This document shows, in pieces, positions 20,573 through 30,876 of a stretch of DNA of 64,000 bases. A program made the translations under genes and the position numbers. Origin of the DNA: Candidatus Poribacteria bacterium (GTDB lineage Bacteria; Poribacteria; WGA-4E; WGA-3G); contig CAXXUA010000005.1 of NCBI GenBank assembly GCA_963663765.2, forward strand, positions 1,728,001 to 1,792,000, given 5' to 3'. The notes below the pieces were generated by a model. The model was not told where the DNA came from and did no database searches. It saw only the letters and a program-made list of their open reading frames with translations. Within the stretch, counting starts at the first letter, position 1. Each line of letters starts with the position of its first letter.

Positions 20573-21687
20573 TATTGTAGTATCCTATCAGACCAATGCA
20601 AAGATTTGCCTTTATTTTGTGAAGCCGTTATACTTAATGCCCAGTATATACAAATGCCGATACCGACTGTATTGAAGAGTAGGAACGTTACCCAGTCAAC
20701 GTGTGGTATTTCGGTTGCCATATAATAGGGAACAAAACCGAATATGACAGCAAGCGGTCTTAGTCTACCAGCAAGGAGTGTACTTCCAAGCGTATAAAAG
20801 ATTGCTGCCTTACCGCATAACGCCACCGGCACTATTAGGCACAGACTCAGTATCAATAACGGAAATCCTACGATTGAAAGTATCATCACCCAGAAAAATA
20901 CTGGAATAAGAACAAACATGAGGAGACTGAATAGGATGCTACTGATTGGTCGGGTTGTCAACATGGTACTGATTGCATTTATTGGTCTTGGAAATGCCAA
21001 TGCGATCAGCAGATATACGACTAATAACAACCCGAATTTTATGGATGTTAATTGAAAGTTTCTATGTTTACTGATGTCCCATATTGTCTGCGGGTGCATT
21101 AGCACGTGTGCTGCGGCGGGTAGGATTCTCCAGTGATTGCTGACACGGTAGTTTTCAAGTGATTCAAGGTTTCCTGAGATATTCCCTCCGATGACATGTA
21201 TCATCCCTTTGACATGTGCGTTCGGTCCGAGTTCAACATCTCCTCCGATGATGAGAACGTTCCCAGTGACTGTGCCTTGTATCTTAGCATCACCAGCAAG
21301 CATGATGAGCGTAGTAACGACCTCATCCGTATGCAACTGATGATCGTTTACGAGTTTGAAAATCCTGCGTTTACCTTTCCACTTTGAAGGTGTTTGTTCG
21401 GTAGAATCATTTTGTTGTTCAACTTCTGTTCCATTTTGTTGTGGATTTGCATCATCTGTAGTAGTGACTTCAGGGTTAATAGGGGAATGTTCTTCGGTAT
21501 CCTGGTTTTCAGTGTCTACGGTTTCTTCATCTTGTGCTGATGGAGTAACAGGATCAGGATTTTGTTTGGTGTTATCTTCTTGTATAGCAGGCGATTGCTG
21601 CGGCGCAAGCGGATCTTCTAACTGTGCAAACACCGGCTGTACCGTCAATACTAATATTATAATTAATGCTATTTGCTTTATGTTCAT
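20572..21687 (-). CDS. Membrane protein with signal peptide, acidic low-complexity linker, short beta-helix (bactofilin-like) segment and multi-TM C-terminus
   Basis: 'AGDAKIQGTVTGNVLIIGGDVELGPNAHVKGMIHVIGGNI'; several TM helices; stop overlaps the VWA start. Confidence 0.65.
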   Translation of the reverse strand: MNIKQIALIIILVLTVQPVFAQLEDPLAPQQSPAIQEDNTKQNPDPVTPSAQDEETVDTENQDTEEHSPINPEVTTTDDANPQQNGTEVEQQNDSTEQTPSKWKGKRRIFKLVNDHQLHTDEVVTTLIMLAGDAKIQGTVTGNVLIIGGDVELGPNAHVKGMIHVIGGNISGNLESLENYRVSNHWRILPAAAHVLMHPQTIWDISKHRNFQLTSIKFGLLLVVYLLIALAFPRPINAISTMLTTRPISSILFSLLMFVLIPVFFWVMILSIVGFPLLILSLCLIVPVALCGKAAIFYTLGSTLLAGRLRPLAVIFGFVPYYMATEIPHVDWVTFLLFNTVGIGICIYWALSITASQNKGKSLHWSDRILQ

Positions 21688-23059
21688 CAATCTTCGGGCA
21701 TTCCTCCCAATCCTTTAGGTTTGGGAGGAATGCCCGCTCTTTTTTTCTTGACAAATATATGTCAATATCTTAAACTACTATCAGCATAGGTGGTAGAGAA
21801 TACGATCCACGTCTCCTGACGTGGTCTCTACCACAACCAAATCGTATTGGGAACTATGCTGGAGTAAACTATGCGAACCTATAAATATAAGATACGCAAC
21901 CATTCTAAAAACAAACGCTTGGGCAACCTGCTTGACGATCTCGCTGATGTCCACAACCACTTTCTGCGTTTGGAAAAACGTTATTACCGCAGATATGGTA
22001 AATATGCTGGCAGGTATAGACTGCAACCGCATCTTACCAAGTTGTTGAAACGGACTAAAAAACACTGGGCATGGATACCACGTGACACTTTGGATGCTGC
22101 GATTATCCGTATCCATGACGCATACCAACGTTTCTTTGCGTGTCAAGGCGGACTTCCTAAATTCAAGCGCAAACATCGTTATCGTTCTGCCAAATTCCAA
22201 ACAGGCTATAAACTTGAAAATGGACGTGTGCGTATCTCCTTTAAATCGTGGGACGAACCCACACAATCTCTGAAGTTTGACAAACGCAGGTTTTCTTTTT
22301 ACCAACACCGACACTGGCACGGAAATGTCCGCTATATCCAGATACTCCGTGATAGTGCAGGTGAATACTGGCTTTATATCGTCACAGATGATACTTCTAC
22401 CGAACCTATGCAACAAACAGGTGAGAGCGTGGGTATAGACTTCGGACTGAAAACATTTTTGACTTTGAGTAATGGTGAAAAAATAACCGCACCTGAATTC
22501 TTGAAAAAAACCTTGAAACACCTCCGCAAACTGAATAAAGCCGTGAGTCGTAAAATCAAAGGTTCTAATAACTGGTATCGTGCTATCAGAATACTCGCAA
22601 GGCTCCACATCAAAATCAATAACCAACGGCTTGATTGGCAATGGAAAATCGCTACAGACCTTTGCAGACGTTTTGATACTATCGTCACTGAAACGTTGAA
22701 CCTTGATGGTATGAAGCGACTCTGGGGACGAAAAATTAGTGACCTTGCGTTTTATCAGTTTATTCAAGTGTTGGAATTCAAGTGTTTCAAACATACTAAA
22801 ACTTTCCTTCAAGTCCGGCAATGGACACCTACAACAAAAACATGTAGCACCTGCGGACACTCTAATAAAAACCTTTGTCTCAATGATAGACAGTGGATAT
22901 GTCAAAACTGCAATGCTGAACACGATAGAGACATAAACGCTGCTATCAATATCTTGCGGGCTGCTTATGATCCCGTTGTGGAGCAGATGTAAGACCTTAG
23001 AAATAAGGCTAACTGCTACGAAGCACAAGTCCCTACCTTTAGGTAGTGGGTGCTATGAC
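21688..23059 (+). mobile_element. IS200/IS605-family (IS1341-type, tnpB-only) element
   Basis: Left hairpin GGGCATTCCTCCCAA-TCCTTTAGGT-TTGGGAGGAATGCCC (~21697-21735); right hairpin CCCTACCTTTAGGTAGTGGG ending ...TGAC at 23059; exact ends inferred. Confidence 0.65.
21871..22992 (+). CDS. tnpB: RNA-guided endonuclease TnpB
   Basis: RuvC-I 'VGIDFG', RuvC-II 'IVTETL', Zn finger CSTC...CQNC, RuvC-III 'DRDINAA'. Confidence 0.93.
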   Translation: MRTYKYKIRNHSKNKRLGNLLDDLADVHNHFLRLEKRYYRRYGKYAGRYRLQPHLTKLLKRTKKHWAWIPRDTLDAAIIRIHDAYQRFFACQGGLPKFKRKHRYRSAKFQTGYKLENGRVRISFKSWDEPTQSLKFDKRRFSFYQHRHWHGNVRYIQILRDSAGEYWLYIVTDDTSTEPMQQTGESVGIDFGLKTFLTLSNGEKITAPEFLKKTLKHLRKLNKAVSRKIKGSNNWYRAIRILARLHIKINNQRLDWQWKIATDLCRRFDTIVTETLNLDGMKRLWGRKISDLAFYQFIQVLEFKCFKHTKTFLQVRQWTPTTKTCSTCGHSNKNLCLNDRQWICQNCNAEHDRDINAAINILRAAYDPVVEQM

Positions 23060-23114
23060 TGTCTCGTATTTATTGAAAGGGTCTACCCTTAGTATTTTGA
23101 TATTATTTCCATCT

Positions 23115-23143
23115 ATTATAGACAGAATGATGGCTAATGTCAA
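23115..23143 (-). promoter_or_regulatory. sigma70 promoter facing the membrane protein/VWA operon across the tnpB element
   Basis: Perfect TTGACA-N17-TATAAT on the minus strand. Confidence 0.7.
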
Positions 23144-23579
23144 TTCTTTTTGGCGTTCTCCGGAATTCGAGGGTTACAAGGTTTTTTGTCTGAACCAGGA
23201 TTTACATGATTTACAGATTTTCAGGATAAGACATTTGCATTAGGTTTTGTTCAAAGTATAAGCGTTTTTTGTATTGCGATTTTTTTGTCTGAAGCAGGAT
23301 TTACAAATCAAGAAATCAACGGTATGAATGCTATATAGCATTCCCCGGGTATGAATCATGGCGAATGCCACACGCGCATTCCCCGGGATTACCAGATTTT
23401 CAGGATTTACCTCATCAAGGGTTTTTGATGTGTGCATTTCGAGCCATACATGATTCAGAAATCGGGGTTGAAAACCCCTCCCACAAGAGAGTTGTATCGA
23501 GGTTGGAAACCCCCTCCCACAAGAGATACCTTTCCCACAAGAAATGTAAGTGACAATTGAATGCCTCTGGTGCATTTAG

Positions 23580-24071
23580 CAGGGTTATTCAGTTGCTGGC
23601 ATCTTAGTTGTTTCCTGAGAAAATCGCAACCGGGAGGTCGCTTCTACCGTGTGGTTTCTTTTTTAAGAATCCAAAAATTTGGAAACTAAATAACCCTGTG
23701 CATTTGCAGGGTTATTTAGTTTTAAGTATTATCAGTTAATGGGTGTTACTTAAAGTTTATATCGTAGGTCGGGCAGAGCGTATGCGAAACCCAACATGTA
23801 TTGATTTTGTCTATCATGTCGGGTTTCGCATACGCTCTACCCATAGGTGTCAACTTAAGGATTCTGACCTCTTGTGGGAGGGGTTTGCAACCCCGATTTT
23901 ATGTTCATTTCCACTCAAATCGGGGTTACAAACCCCTCCCACAAGAGAATATGCCAACACTTTTTTCTTAAGTTGACACCTATGGGTTTCGCATACGCTC
24001 TACCCGACCTACGATATAAAATCACGAATGTTATAAATATCTGCCAAAATATCTAAAACTGAATAACCCTG
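23580..24071. mobile_element. Two adjacent ISAs1-type MITEs (23580-23698, 23707-24071), the second with a nested family-C MITE (23843-23983)
   Basis: IR pairs CAGGGTTATT.../...AATAACCCTG; target TGCATTTAG / TGCATTTG / TGCATTTAG at 23571, 23699, 24072. Confidence 0.75.
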
Positions 24072-24186
24072 TGCATTTAGGGTTTTACTTGACATATATG
24101 CCAAGATTTGTTAAGATATAAGCATATTTGACGCATATAACTTGCGATGTATCGCACAAAATCACAACTGATGAGGAGAAGAAATT

Positions 24187-24795
24187 ATGAATTTCAAACT
24201 TGAAGAAATAGATGGTTTGGAGGAAGAAACACCGTTAGAACTTGAAGAAGAAAAGGACGACGATCTCACTGACGATGATGAGATGGATCCCCTCGGTGTG
24301 GAAGCAAGTGATGACGATGAATCTCCTGATGCACCTTCTTATGAACCTGATGAGCCTGATGAACCTGATGAACCTGATGAGCCTGATGAACCTGTAGATA
24401 CAGCCTACGATTATGATGAAGAGGATGAAGATTCTGGGTTGTTAGTTTTAGAGCCGCAGCGTGTAGAAGTGCCAGCATTTAACGCACAAGAAGAGAATAA
24501 TTTCGCTTATTCGGAAGCTGTTAGAGCCTACTATGAAGAGAGAAACTATGAACAGGCAATCGAAAAATTTGATGAAGCTATAAAAAACGAGAAAAAGCAA
24601 AGGAAGGGTAAAAAGTCTGGGCCAAACGAAATCATTGCGAAATCAATGTATTGGCAGGGAGAGTCTTACGTCAAAACTCACGATTTTTCAAAAGCAATTA
24701 AGACTTTTGAATCACTTGTAAAAACATGTAAAGAACATTACTTGACTGTATCAGCGCAACGTCGCGCGGAAATCTTGAAAGCGAAACACTCTTAA
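24187..24795 (+). CDS. Acidic N-terminal, TPR-containing protein
   Basis: D/E-rich N-half with EPD repeats; TPR-like 'YEQAIEKFDEAI', 'MYWQGESYVKTHDFSKAIKTF'; GAGGAG RBS; TTGACA-N17-TAAGAT at 24089-24117. Confidence 0.7.
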   Translation: MNFKLEEIDGLEEETPLELEEEKDDDLTDDDEMDPLGVEASDDDESPDAPSYEPDEPDEPDEPDEPDEPVDTAYDYDEEDEDSGLLVLEPQRVEVPAFNAQEENNFAYSEAVRAYYEERNYEQAIEKFDEAIKNEKKQRKGKKSGPNEIIAKSMYWQGESYVKTHDFSKAIKTFESLVKTCKEHYLTVSAQRRAEILKAKHS

Positions 24796-24977
24796 TCTAA
24801 CCCGAATTGATACCTATTATTTGTTGGTGGGGTATCTAATCCGATTGACAACAGAAACATAAAAACAACGAGTTCTGAAGTCAATATTCATAAATCGGGG
24901 TTAGAAACCCTCCCACAAAAGTATTCTGAAAGTAGGTGGCAACTTAGGTTAATCTATAGAAAGGAAAAACGAAATTT

Positions 24978-26816
24978 GTGGATACATTGAAAAATCATCT
25001 TTTACAGAAAGCGACAAACTTACGAATTCATTCTATACTTTCAACATCAGAAGCGGGATCTGGACATCCAACGACCTGTCTTTCAGCAGCGGATATTGTC
25101 TCTGCTCTGTTTTTTCATGCAATGCGTTACGACACGGAAAATGCGCAAAATCCAAACAACGATAGGTTTATCTTATCAAAAGGACACGCTGCTCCGCTTC
25201 TCTATGCTGCGTATGCCGAAGCAGGTATTATTCCAGTAGACGATCTGAAGACATTACGAGAAATTGACAGCATTCTTGAGGGACATCCAACGCCACGTTT
25301 TGAGTGGACTGAGGTAGCAACCGGTTCGTTAGGACAAGGACTATCCCTCGGTTTAGGGATGGCACTCAATGGCAAATACTTGGACAAATCGGACTATCGT
25401 GTGTATGTGCTACTTGGTGATGGTGAAACCGCTGAGGGCGGAGTCTGGGAAGCAGCTGCGCTTGCATCACATTATCAGTTGAACAACCTTATCGGAATTG
25501 TAGATGTAAATGGACTTGGACAGAGTCAACGCACTATGTATGATTTTGATATTGACACCTATTGCGAGCGTTTTGAGGCGTTCGGATGGCAGACGATTGG
25601 TATTGATGGGCATGACTTTGATGAAATCCTACCTGCATTGGAACAAGCAAAAAGTTCAACCGACAAACCCACAATGATTGTTGCGAAGACATACAAAGGG
25701 AAGGGTGTTTCGTTCTTGGCAAATGAAGATAATTGGCACGGCAAGGCGATACCCAAGGGTGAGGAACTTGACAAAGCATTAGCCGAACTCGGTCCCTTGA
25801 CCACAGATGATTCTGTTCAGATAGCCGTGCCGAAACCGATTGACATTCAGTCTGCGACACCGACAGCATGTGAACCTCCGAATTATCAGTCTGATGATGA
25901 GGTAGCGACGCGCGGGGGTTATGGTATTGGTCTTGCGAAACTCGGTACGGCGAATCCGAATGTCGTTGCTTTGGATGGTGATACCAAGAATTCTACTTAT
26001 GCGGAACAGTTTATGCACCTGCATCCAGACCGATTTTTTGAGATGTTCATTGCAGAACAGAACTTGGTCGGTGCGGGAATCGGTTTGTCAAAACGTGGTA
26101 AGATACCATTTGTTTCTACGTTTGCTGCCTTTTTATCACGCGCTTATGATCATATACGTATGTCAGCGATTTCACAAGCGAATATAAAATATGCGGGGTC
26201 ACACTGCGGTGTATCTATTGGCGAAGATGGTCCTTCGCAGATGGGTTTGGAAGACCTTGCTATGTTCAGAGCGATTCCTGGTTCTGTGGTGCTGTATCCG
26301 AGTGATGCTGTTTCAGCGGAACGTCTCGTTGCTGTAGCTGCTGCCCATGAAGGCATTGTCTATATCCGCACTTCGCGTCCAAAAACTGCAATACTCTATG
26401 ATACAGATGATGAGTTTCCCATCGGTGGAAGCAAGGTTGTGAAAAAGAGTGATGAAGATAGTGTGACTGTTGTTACGGCGGGTGTTACTCTTCATGAAGC
26501 TTTAAAAGCACATGAGATTCTTACCAACGAAGGTATCGCTATCCGTATTATTGACCTATATTCCATCAAACCGGTTGATGCTGAAGCACTGATTTCCGCT
26601 GCTGCCGAAACAAATAACACGATCATCACCGTTGAAGACCATTATCCTGAAGGGGGATTAGGTGATGCGGTGTTGGATGCTGTTGCGACGGGGGGTGTTC
26701 ATGTCCATAAACTTGCAGTTACGGGAATTCCTCGTTCTGGTAAACCGGATGAATTGTTGGAACTTCACGGTATTAGCACAAACGCAATTGTGCAGAAGGT
26801 GAAGGAAGTTGTTTGA
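24978..26816 (+). CDS. tkt: Transketolase
   Basis: 'SGHPTTCLS', 'DRFILSKGHAAP', 'TGSLGQG', TPP motif 'GDGE...WEA', 'GEDGPSQM'. Confidence 0.95.
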   Translation: MDTLKNHLLQKATNLRIHSILSTSEAGSGHPTTCLSAADIVSALFFHAMRYDTENAQNPNNDRFILSKGHAAPLLYAAYAEAGIIPVDDLKTLREIDSILEGHPTPRFEWTEVATGSLGQGLSLGLGMALNGKYLDKSDYRVYVLLGDGETAEGGVWEAAALASHYQLNNLIGIVDVNGLGQSQRTMYDFDIDTYCERFEAFGWQTIGIDGHDFDEILPALEQAKSSTDKPTMIVAKTYKGKGVSFLANEDNWHGKAIPKGEELDKALAELGPLTTDDSVQIAVPKPIDIQSATPTACEPPNYQSDDEVATRGGYGIGLAKLGTANPNVVALDGDTKNSTYAEQFMHLHPDRFFEMFIAEQNLVGAGIGLSKRGKIPFVSTFAAFLSRAYDHIRMSAISQANIKYAGSHCGVSIGEDGPSQMGLEDLAMFRAIPGSVVLYPSDAVSAERLVAVAAAHEGIVYIRTSRPKTAILYDTDDEFPIGGSKVVKKSDEDSVTVVTAGVTLHEALKAHEILTNEGIAIRIIDLYSIKPVDAEALISAAAETNNTIITVEDHYPEGGLGDAVLDAVATGGVHVHKLAVTGIPRSGKPDELLELHGISTNAIVQKVKEVV

Positions 26817-26917
26817 TTTTTTGGAGCGGATGAATTTATATTATTTGGATTTAGGTTGAACATATTAGTTAATGTTGACTTTATAGGTTCTGTTCAGGTG
26901 ATTTTAAGGGATGTGAT

Positions 26918-27793
26918 ATGGCAAGTTTTGATATTGCCTCAAAGAAGCAGATTGAAACAAATCCACTTGATTTTGTAAATCTCTGCTTTAGATTCAATAC
27001 ATCGGACATCACCGTTTTGGAGCTTGTTAACCCAGAACAACCAACCGTAGAAATACACCAGGCAGATACACTCATTAAAGTCCTATACAATGGAAATGAG
27101 GTTCTCGTACATTTTGAATTTCAAACTTCTGATAGTTATGACCCGGCAATGCCGCTACGGATGGCAGGTTATATTGTAAGAACAATAGAAGTGTATCGTT
27201 TACCAGTTTATTCAAATGTAATCTATCTACGACCGGATGCGGGCAAAAACGATCCAGGAAAATTTGAACAAAAACTTGAAAACCATAATATTTCAATTGA
27301 ATACCAAGTGTTACGTTTAATTGATCTTGATGGACAAAAGATTCTTGATCAAAGGCATGTGGGTTTAATTCCCTTCACACCACTGATGAGACATCAGGTA
27401 GATAGTGTACAGTGGCTTCGTCAATGTGTTAGGGTCGCTGATAGTATTGATGTGCCGAACAAGGCAGCCTATCTGGGCAGCCTTGCTATATTGGGGAATT
27501 TAATCTACGATCCGCAAATTATTAAGGATATCATTATGGAGGAAACCATGCAACAACCTTCAATCGTTGAGTATATGGCACCACAAGCACATGAACAAGG
27601 TGTCATGAAAAGCACTCGCAAACATATTCTTGATGCATTGTCATTAAGATTCGGTGATGACATTGCGCAAATATATAAAGACAATATAGAGTCAATTAAT
27701 GACTTGCAATATCTTGAATTGTTATTTCACGCTGCGATTCAAGTAGAAAAAATCGACGAATTCAAACAAGCACTGCATGAAAACGATGAATAA
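26918..27793 (+). CDS. Rpn family recombination-promoting nuclease / putative transposase (PD-(D/E)xK)
   Basis: 'ADTLIKV...VHFEFQ...MPLRM..Y', 'GLIPFTPLM', helical C-terminus 'LSLRFG...I.DL..LE.L'. Confidence 0.8.
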   Translation: MASFDIASKKQIETNPLDFVNLCFRFNTSDITVLELVNPEQPTVEIHQADTLIKVLYNGNEVLVHFEFQTSDSYDPAMPLRMAGYIVRTIEVYRLPVYSNVIYLRPDAGKNDPGKFEQKLENHNISIEYQVLRLIDLDGQKILDQRHVGLIPFTPLMRHQVDSVQWLRQCVRVADSIDVPNKAAYLGSLAILGNLIYDPQIIKDIIMEETMQQPSIVEYMAPQAHEQGVMKSTRKHILDALSLRFGDDIAQIYKDNIESINDLQYLELLFHAAIQVEKIDEFKQALHENDE

Positions 27794-27824
27794 GATGATA
27801 AATTACTGTAAGGATTACTAAAGC

Positions 27825-28193
27825 ATGCAACAAGCAATAGTTTGGATTGTTGTATTTGGTGTTATCGTTCTGGTAGGCATCGGCATGTTTTTTGCATTAC
27901 GTGCTCAGCGCACTGCTCCTAAGACATATCCCGCTGACAAGGGACTAAAATATATTGATGTCTCCGAGTATCCACAGGAAATGCAAACACTTTACGACCT
28001 TTTTGCTAAGAAATGTAGCAAATGCCATACCGTTGCGCGTCCAATTAACTCTGTCTTTGCACCCGAAGAATGGCGAAAATATGTGCGTAAAATGATGCGA
28101 AAACCGGGTTCTGGACTCACCCCTAAAACAGCTGAACAGATAATCAAATTCTTAGTCTACGATGCACAACATCGGGAGAGAAAAACACCATGA
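27825..28193 (+). CDS. Membrane-anchored monoheme c-type cytochrome
   Basis: N-terminal TM helix; CSKCH heme motif; 'W..YV.KM' distal Met region. Confidence 0.85.
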   Translation: MQQAIVWIVVFGVIVLVGIGMFFALRAQRTAPKTYPADKGLKYIDVSEYPQEMQTLYDLFAKKCSKCHTVARPINSVFAPEEWRKYVRKMMRKPGSGLTPKTAEQIIKFLVYDAQHRERKTP

Positions 28194-29272
28194 TGAAACT
28201 GATTCTGACTTCTTGTGTCCTATTGTCTCTTGTTGCCAGTTCACATGCGGTACCTGTCAAAAAACTTCAAATATTGATTGATAGTCAACCTATCGGATTC
28301 GACTCCGCACCAATACTCAAAAACAGCGATTGGCTTGTGCCAATAGAACCTATTTGCAAACAGTTGGAATTAAAGGTTGAGTATCCAGCTGGGGAAGATA
28401 TGGTAGTTATCTGTGGCGGCGCAGCGTCTGAGTTGTGCGTACCACTACTGCTTGAAAAGGACGTATTCAACATTGATAACGTCACTTATGCTAAACTTGA
28501 AAACATCACTGAACCGTTCGGTTTTGGCATTTACAAAGCATCAAAAAACCAATTTGAGATTATCCGCCCTGAGCAATTCCCTCCTCAATTTACGCTTCCT
28601 GATCTTGATGATACCCCCAGACGTTTGCAGGATTTTCGTGGTAAGAAGACGCTTTTCTATATATGGGGATCGTGGTGAGGCTGTCGTGGACAACTGCCAG
28701 GATGGCAGAAGTTTTACGCAAAACATCGTGATAAACTCAACCTTGTTACTGTTGCAATTGATGCGCAAGGTGCGTCTGTAGTCCGACCTTGGCACGAAAA
28801 AGCCAACGCAGAATTCGTCACACTCGTCGATTCACAGAATATACTGGGTAACCTATACGACCTGAAAGCGATTCCCTTCGGTATGATGGTTGACGAAGCA
28901 GGACGAATGGTAAAACCGCCTTTCAGCATAAATGTTGCTAAGAAAGAGACAATTGCAATGCTGGAAAAATGGTTATCCGATCCCACCTATAACGCCATTT
29001 TACTCGGTAATGTTAAACCGAGAAAGAAATCCAAAAACCCAAAGATTGTTGAAGCCAATGCTCGCTTTCAACTCGGTCGGACCTTGTTAGAAATAGGGAA
29101 AACGGCGGAGGCGATGAAGGAGTGGCGAAAAGCTTTGGCTTTAGACCCGAAGAACTGGATTATCCACAAGCAGATTTGGGCAGTTGAACATCCCGATAAG
29201 TTTTATGATGGAAATGTTGACTACGGATGGCAAAAGACACAGTTAGAAGCAGAAAAAGAGAACGGAAATTAA
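28190..29272 (+). CDS. Selenocysteine-containing ResA/TlpA-like thioredoxin-fold protein (WGSW-U-GC) with signal peptide and C-terminal TPR
   Basis: In-frame TGA at 28676-28678 followed by open frame GCRGQLPGWQKFY... joining the 28883-29272 ORF; SECIS-like hairpin CTGCCA-GGA-TGGCAG 15 nt after the UGA. Confidence 0.85.
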
Positions 29273-29366
29273 ATGTCAGTTTAGAGGAAGTCCGACTCAT
29301 GCCGTCTGCACATCCTAGTTTGACGTGGAAAATGTCTCCAGATCCAGATTCAACGTATTTTTTTAT

Positions 29367-30787
29367 CAAGAATCACGACAAAACCCCTACCTTTAGGTAG
29401 TGGGATGTAGTCGTGCTAAGTGCTTGTGTCAAGAAAAAACTTGATTTTTGGTTTAAACCATGAGATACTCATTATACCAGTTCAGTGTAGGTGCTACTAA
29501 CACCTACACACCTTTAGTAGAGGGAACTGACGTCTTCATAGGACTGGAATATCATCATGCTAAAAACACATAAGATTGCATTGAATCCAAATAACAATCA
29601 ACGCAAATGGTTTGCACAACAGTGTGGCTATGCGAGATTTGCATATAATCATGCATTAGCAGATTTCAAGTCTGCATTGGCAAATGATGAGTTCTTATCC
29701 GCTGCGAAGTTAAACACTCGATTTAATATTGCTAAGAAAGCACATGCTTGGACTAAAGATATGGATCAGGTTGTAACCAATAAAAGCATATTTGGTAACT
29801 TGTCTGCTGCGCTTGCGAATTGGGTTGGTAAGCGTGCAAGATTTCCGAAGTTCAAGAAGCGTGGCAAAAAGGACGCATTCACCACAAATAATCAATCTGT
29901 AGAAGTTGAAGGTAAGCGTATCAAACTTCCTAAGATTGGTTGGATTAGAATGTTTGAATCATTGCGTTTTGTGGGTAAGATTATGAAAGTGACGATCTCA
30001 AGGACAGCACATCGTTGGTTTGTATCTATCACCATAGAAACAGAGGACACCGAAGCAGTTGATAACTCAACGCACCCTGTGATTGGTATAGATGTAGGCA
30101 TAAACACACTTGCCACATTGAGTGATGGCACGAAATATGATAATCCAAGACCCCTGAAACGATATGAAAAGAAGTTAGCAAGAGAACAACGTAGATTAAG
30201 TAGAAAAGTTTTCAAGTCTAACAACTGGTTCAAACAAAAACACAAGTTAGAACGTATCTACTATCGTATCGCTTGTATCCGAAACGATGCACATCATAAA
30301 GCAACTACAGAGATTGTCAACCTCGCATCTGTGATCGGTATTGAGACACTCAAGGTTACTAATATGCTGAAGAACAGAAACCTCGCAAAAGCATTGTCAG
30401 ATACAGCATTAGGCAGTTTCCTGCTAAAACTCAAGACAAAAGCAGAAGTGCGCGGTATACCTGTCAAAGAAGCAGATATGTTCTTTGCAAGTAGTAAAAC
30501 CTGTTCCGGTTGTGGACACAAAAAGAAAGACCTAACACTTTCAGAAAGAATGTATCACTGCAGTCAATGTGATATGTCTATAGATAGAGATGTCAACGCT
30601 GCAATAAACTTGAAACCAACTACGGTGGGACACACCGAAAGTCACGCCTGTGGAGTGCAAATAAGACCCAACGCTGTTCAGGAAAGGGCACGAGACACGG
30701 AAGCAGGAAAAGTCGTTTGGAAACAACTCAAACCGTTTCCAATATAAGAACTAAGAACCCCCATGCTTTAGCTTGGGGAGTATGTCA
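29367..30787 (+). mobile_element. IS200/IS605-family (tnpB-only) element
   Basis: Left end CAAGAATCACGAC..CCCTACCTTTAGGTAGTGGG..GTCGTG; right end AAGAACCCCCATGCTTTAGCTTGGGGAGTATGTCA; exact ends inferred. Confidence 0.7.
29557..30747 (+). CDS. tnpB: RNA-guided endonuclease TnpB
   Basis: N-terminal 'CGYARFAYN', RuvC 'IGIDVG', 'IGIETL', Zn finger CSGC...CSQC, 'DRDVNAA'. Confidence 0.93.
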   Translation: MLKTHKIALNPNNNQRKWFAQQCGYARFAYNHALADFKSALANDEFLSAAKLNTRFNIAKKAHAWTKDMDQVVTNKSIFGNLSAALANWVGKRARFPKFKKRGKKDAFTTNNQSVEVEGKRIKLPKIGWIRMFESLRFVGKIMKVTISRTAHRWFVSITIETEDTEAVDNSTHPVIGIDVGINTLATLSDGTKYDNPRPLKRYEKKLAREQRRLSRKVFKSNNWFKQKHKLERIYYRIACIRNDAHHKATTEIVNLASVIGIETLKVTNMLKNRNLAKALSDTALGSFLLKLKTKAEVRGIPVKEADMFFASSKTCSGCGHKKKDLTLSERMYHCSQCDMSIDRDVNAAINLKPTTVGHTESHACGVQIRPNAVQERARDTEAGKVVWKQLKPFPI

Positions 30788-30876
30788 GTTGTAGTTCTGA
30801 CTAACAGAATAAAAATTGTTATGCCATATAAGGAATGTGTAATTTCGTTTCAAACACTACAATGAGGAGAATCACG

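Larger units (their letters stand above)
27789..29275 (+). repeat. ~1.49-kb direct repeat, copy 1 (copy 2 at ~31511-32997)
   Basis: Near-identical nucleotide sequence at offset 3722. Confidence 0.92.

Noticed and set aside
21781-23028. 415-aa minus-strand ORF
   Set aside because: Antisense shadow of tnpB with no recognisable motifs
28676-28882. Nonsense pseudogene or two separate genes
   Set aside because: The TGA is at the redox position, is retained in both copies and is followed by a SECIS-like hairpin and an open frame
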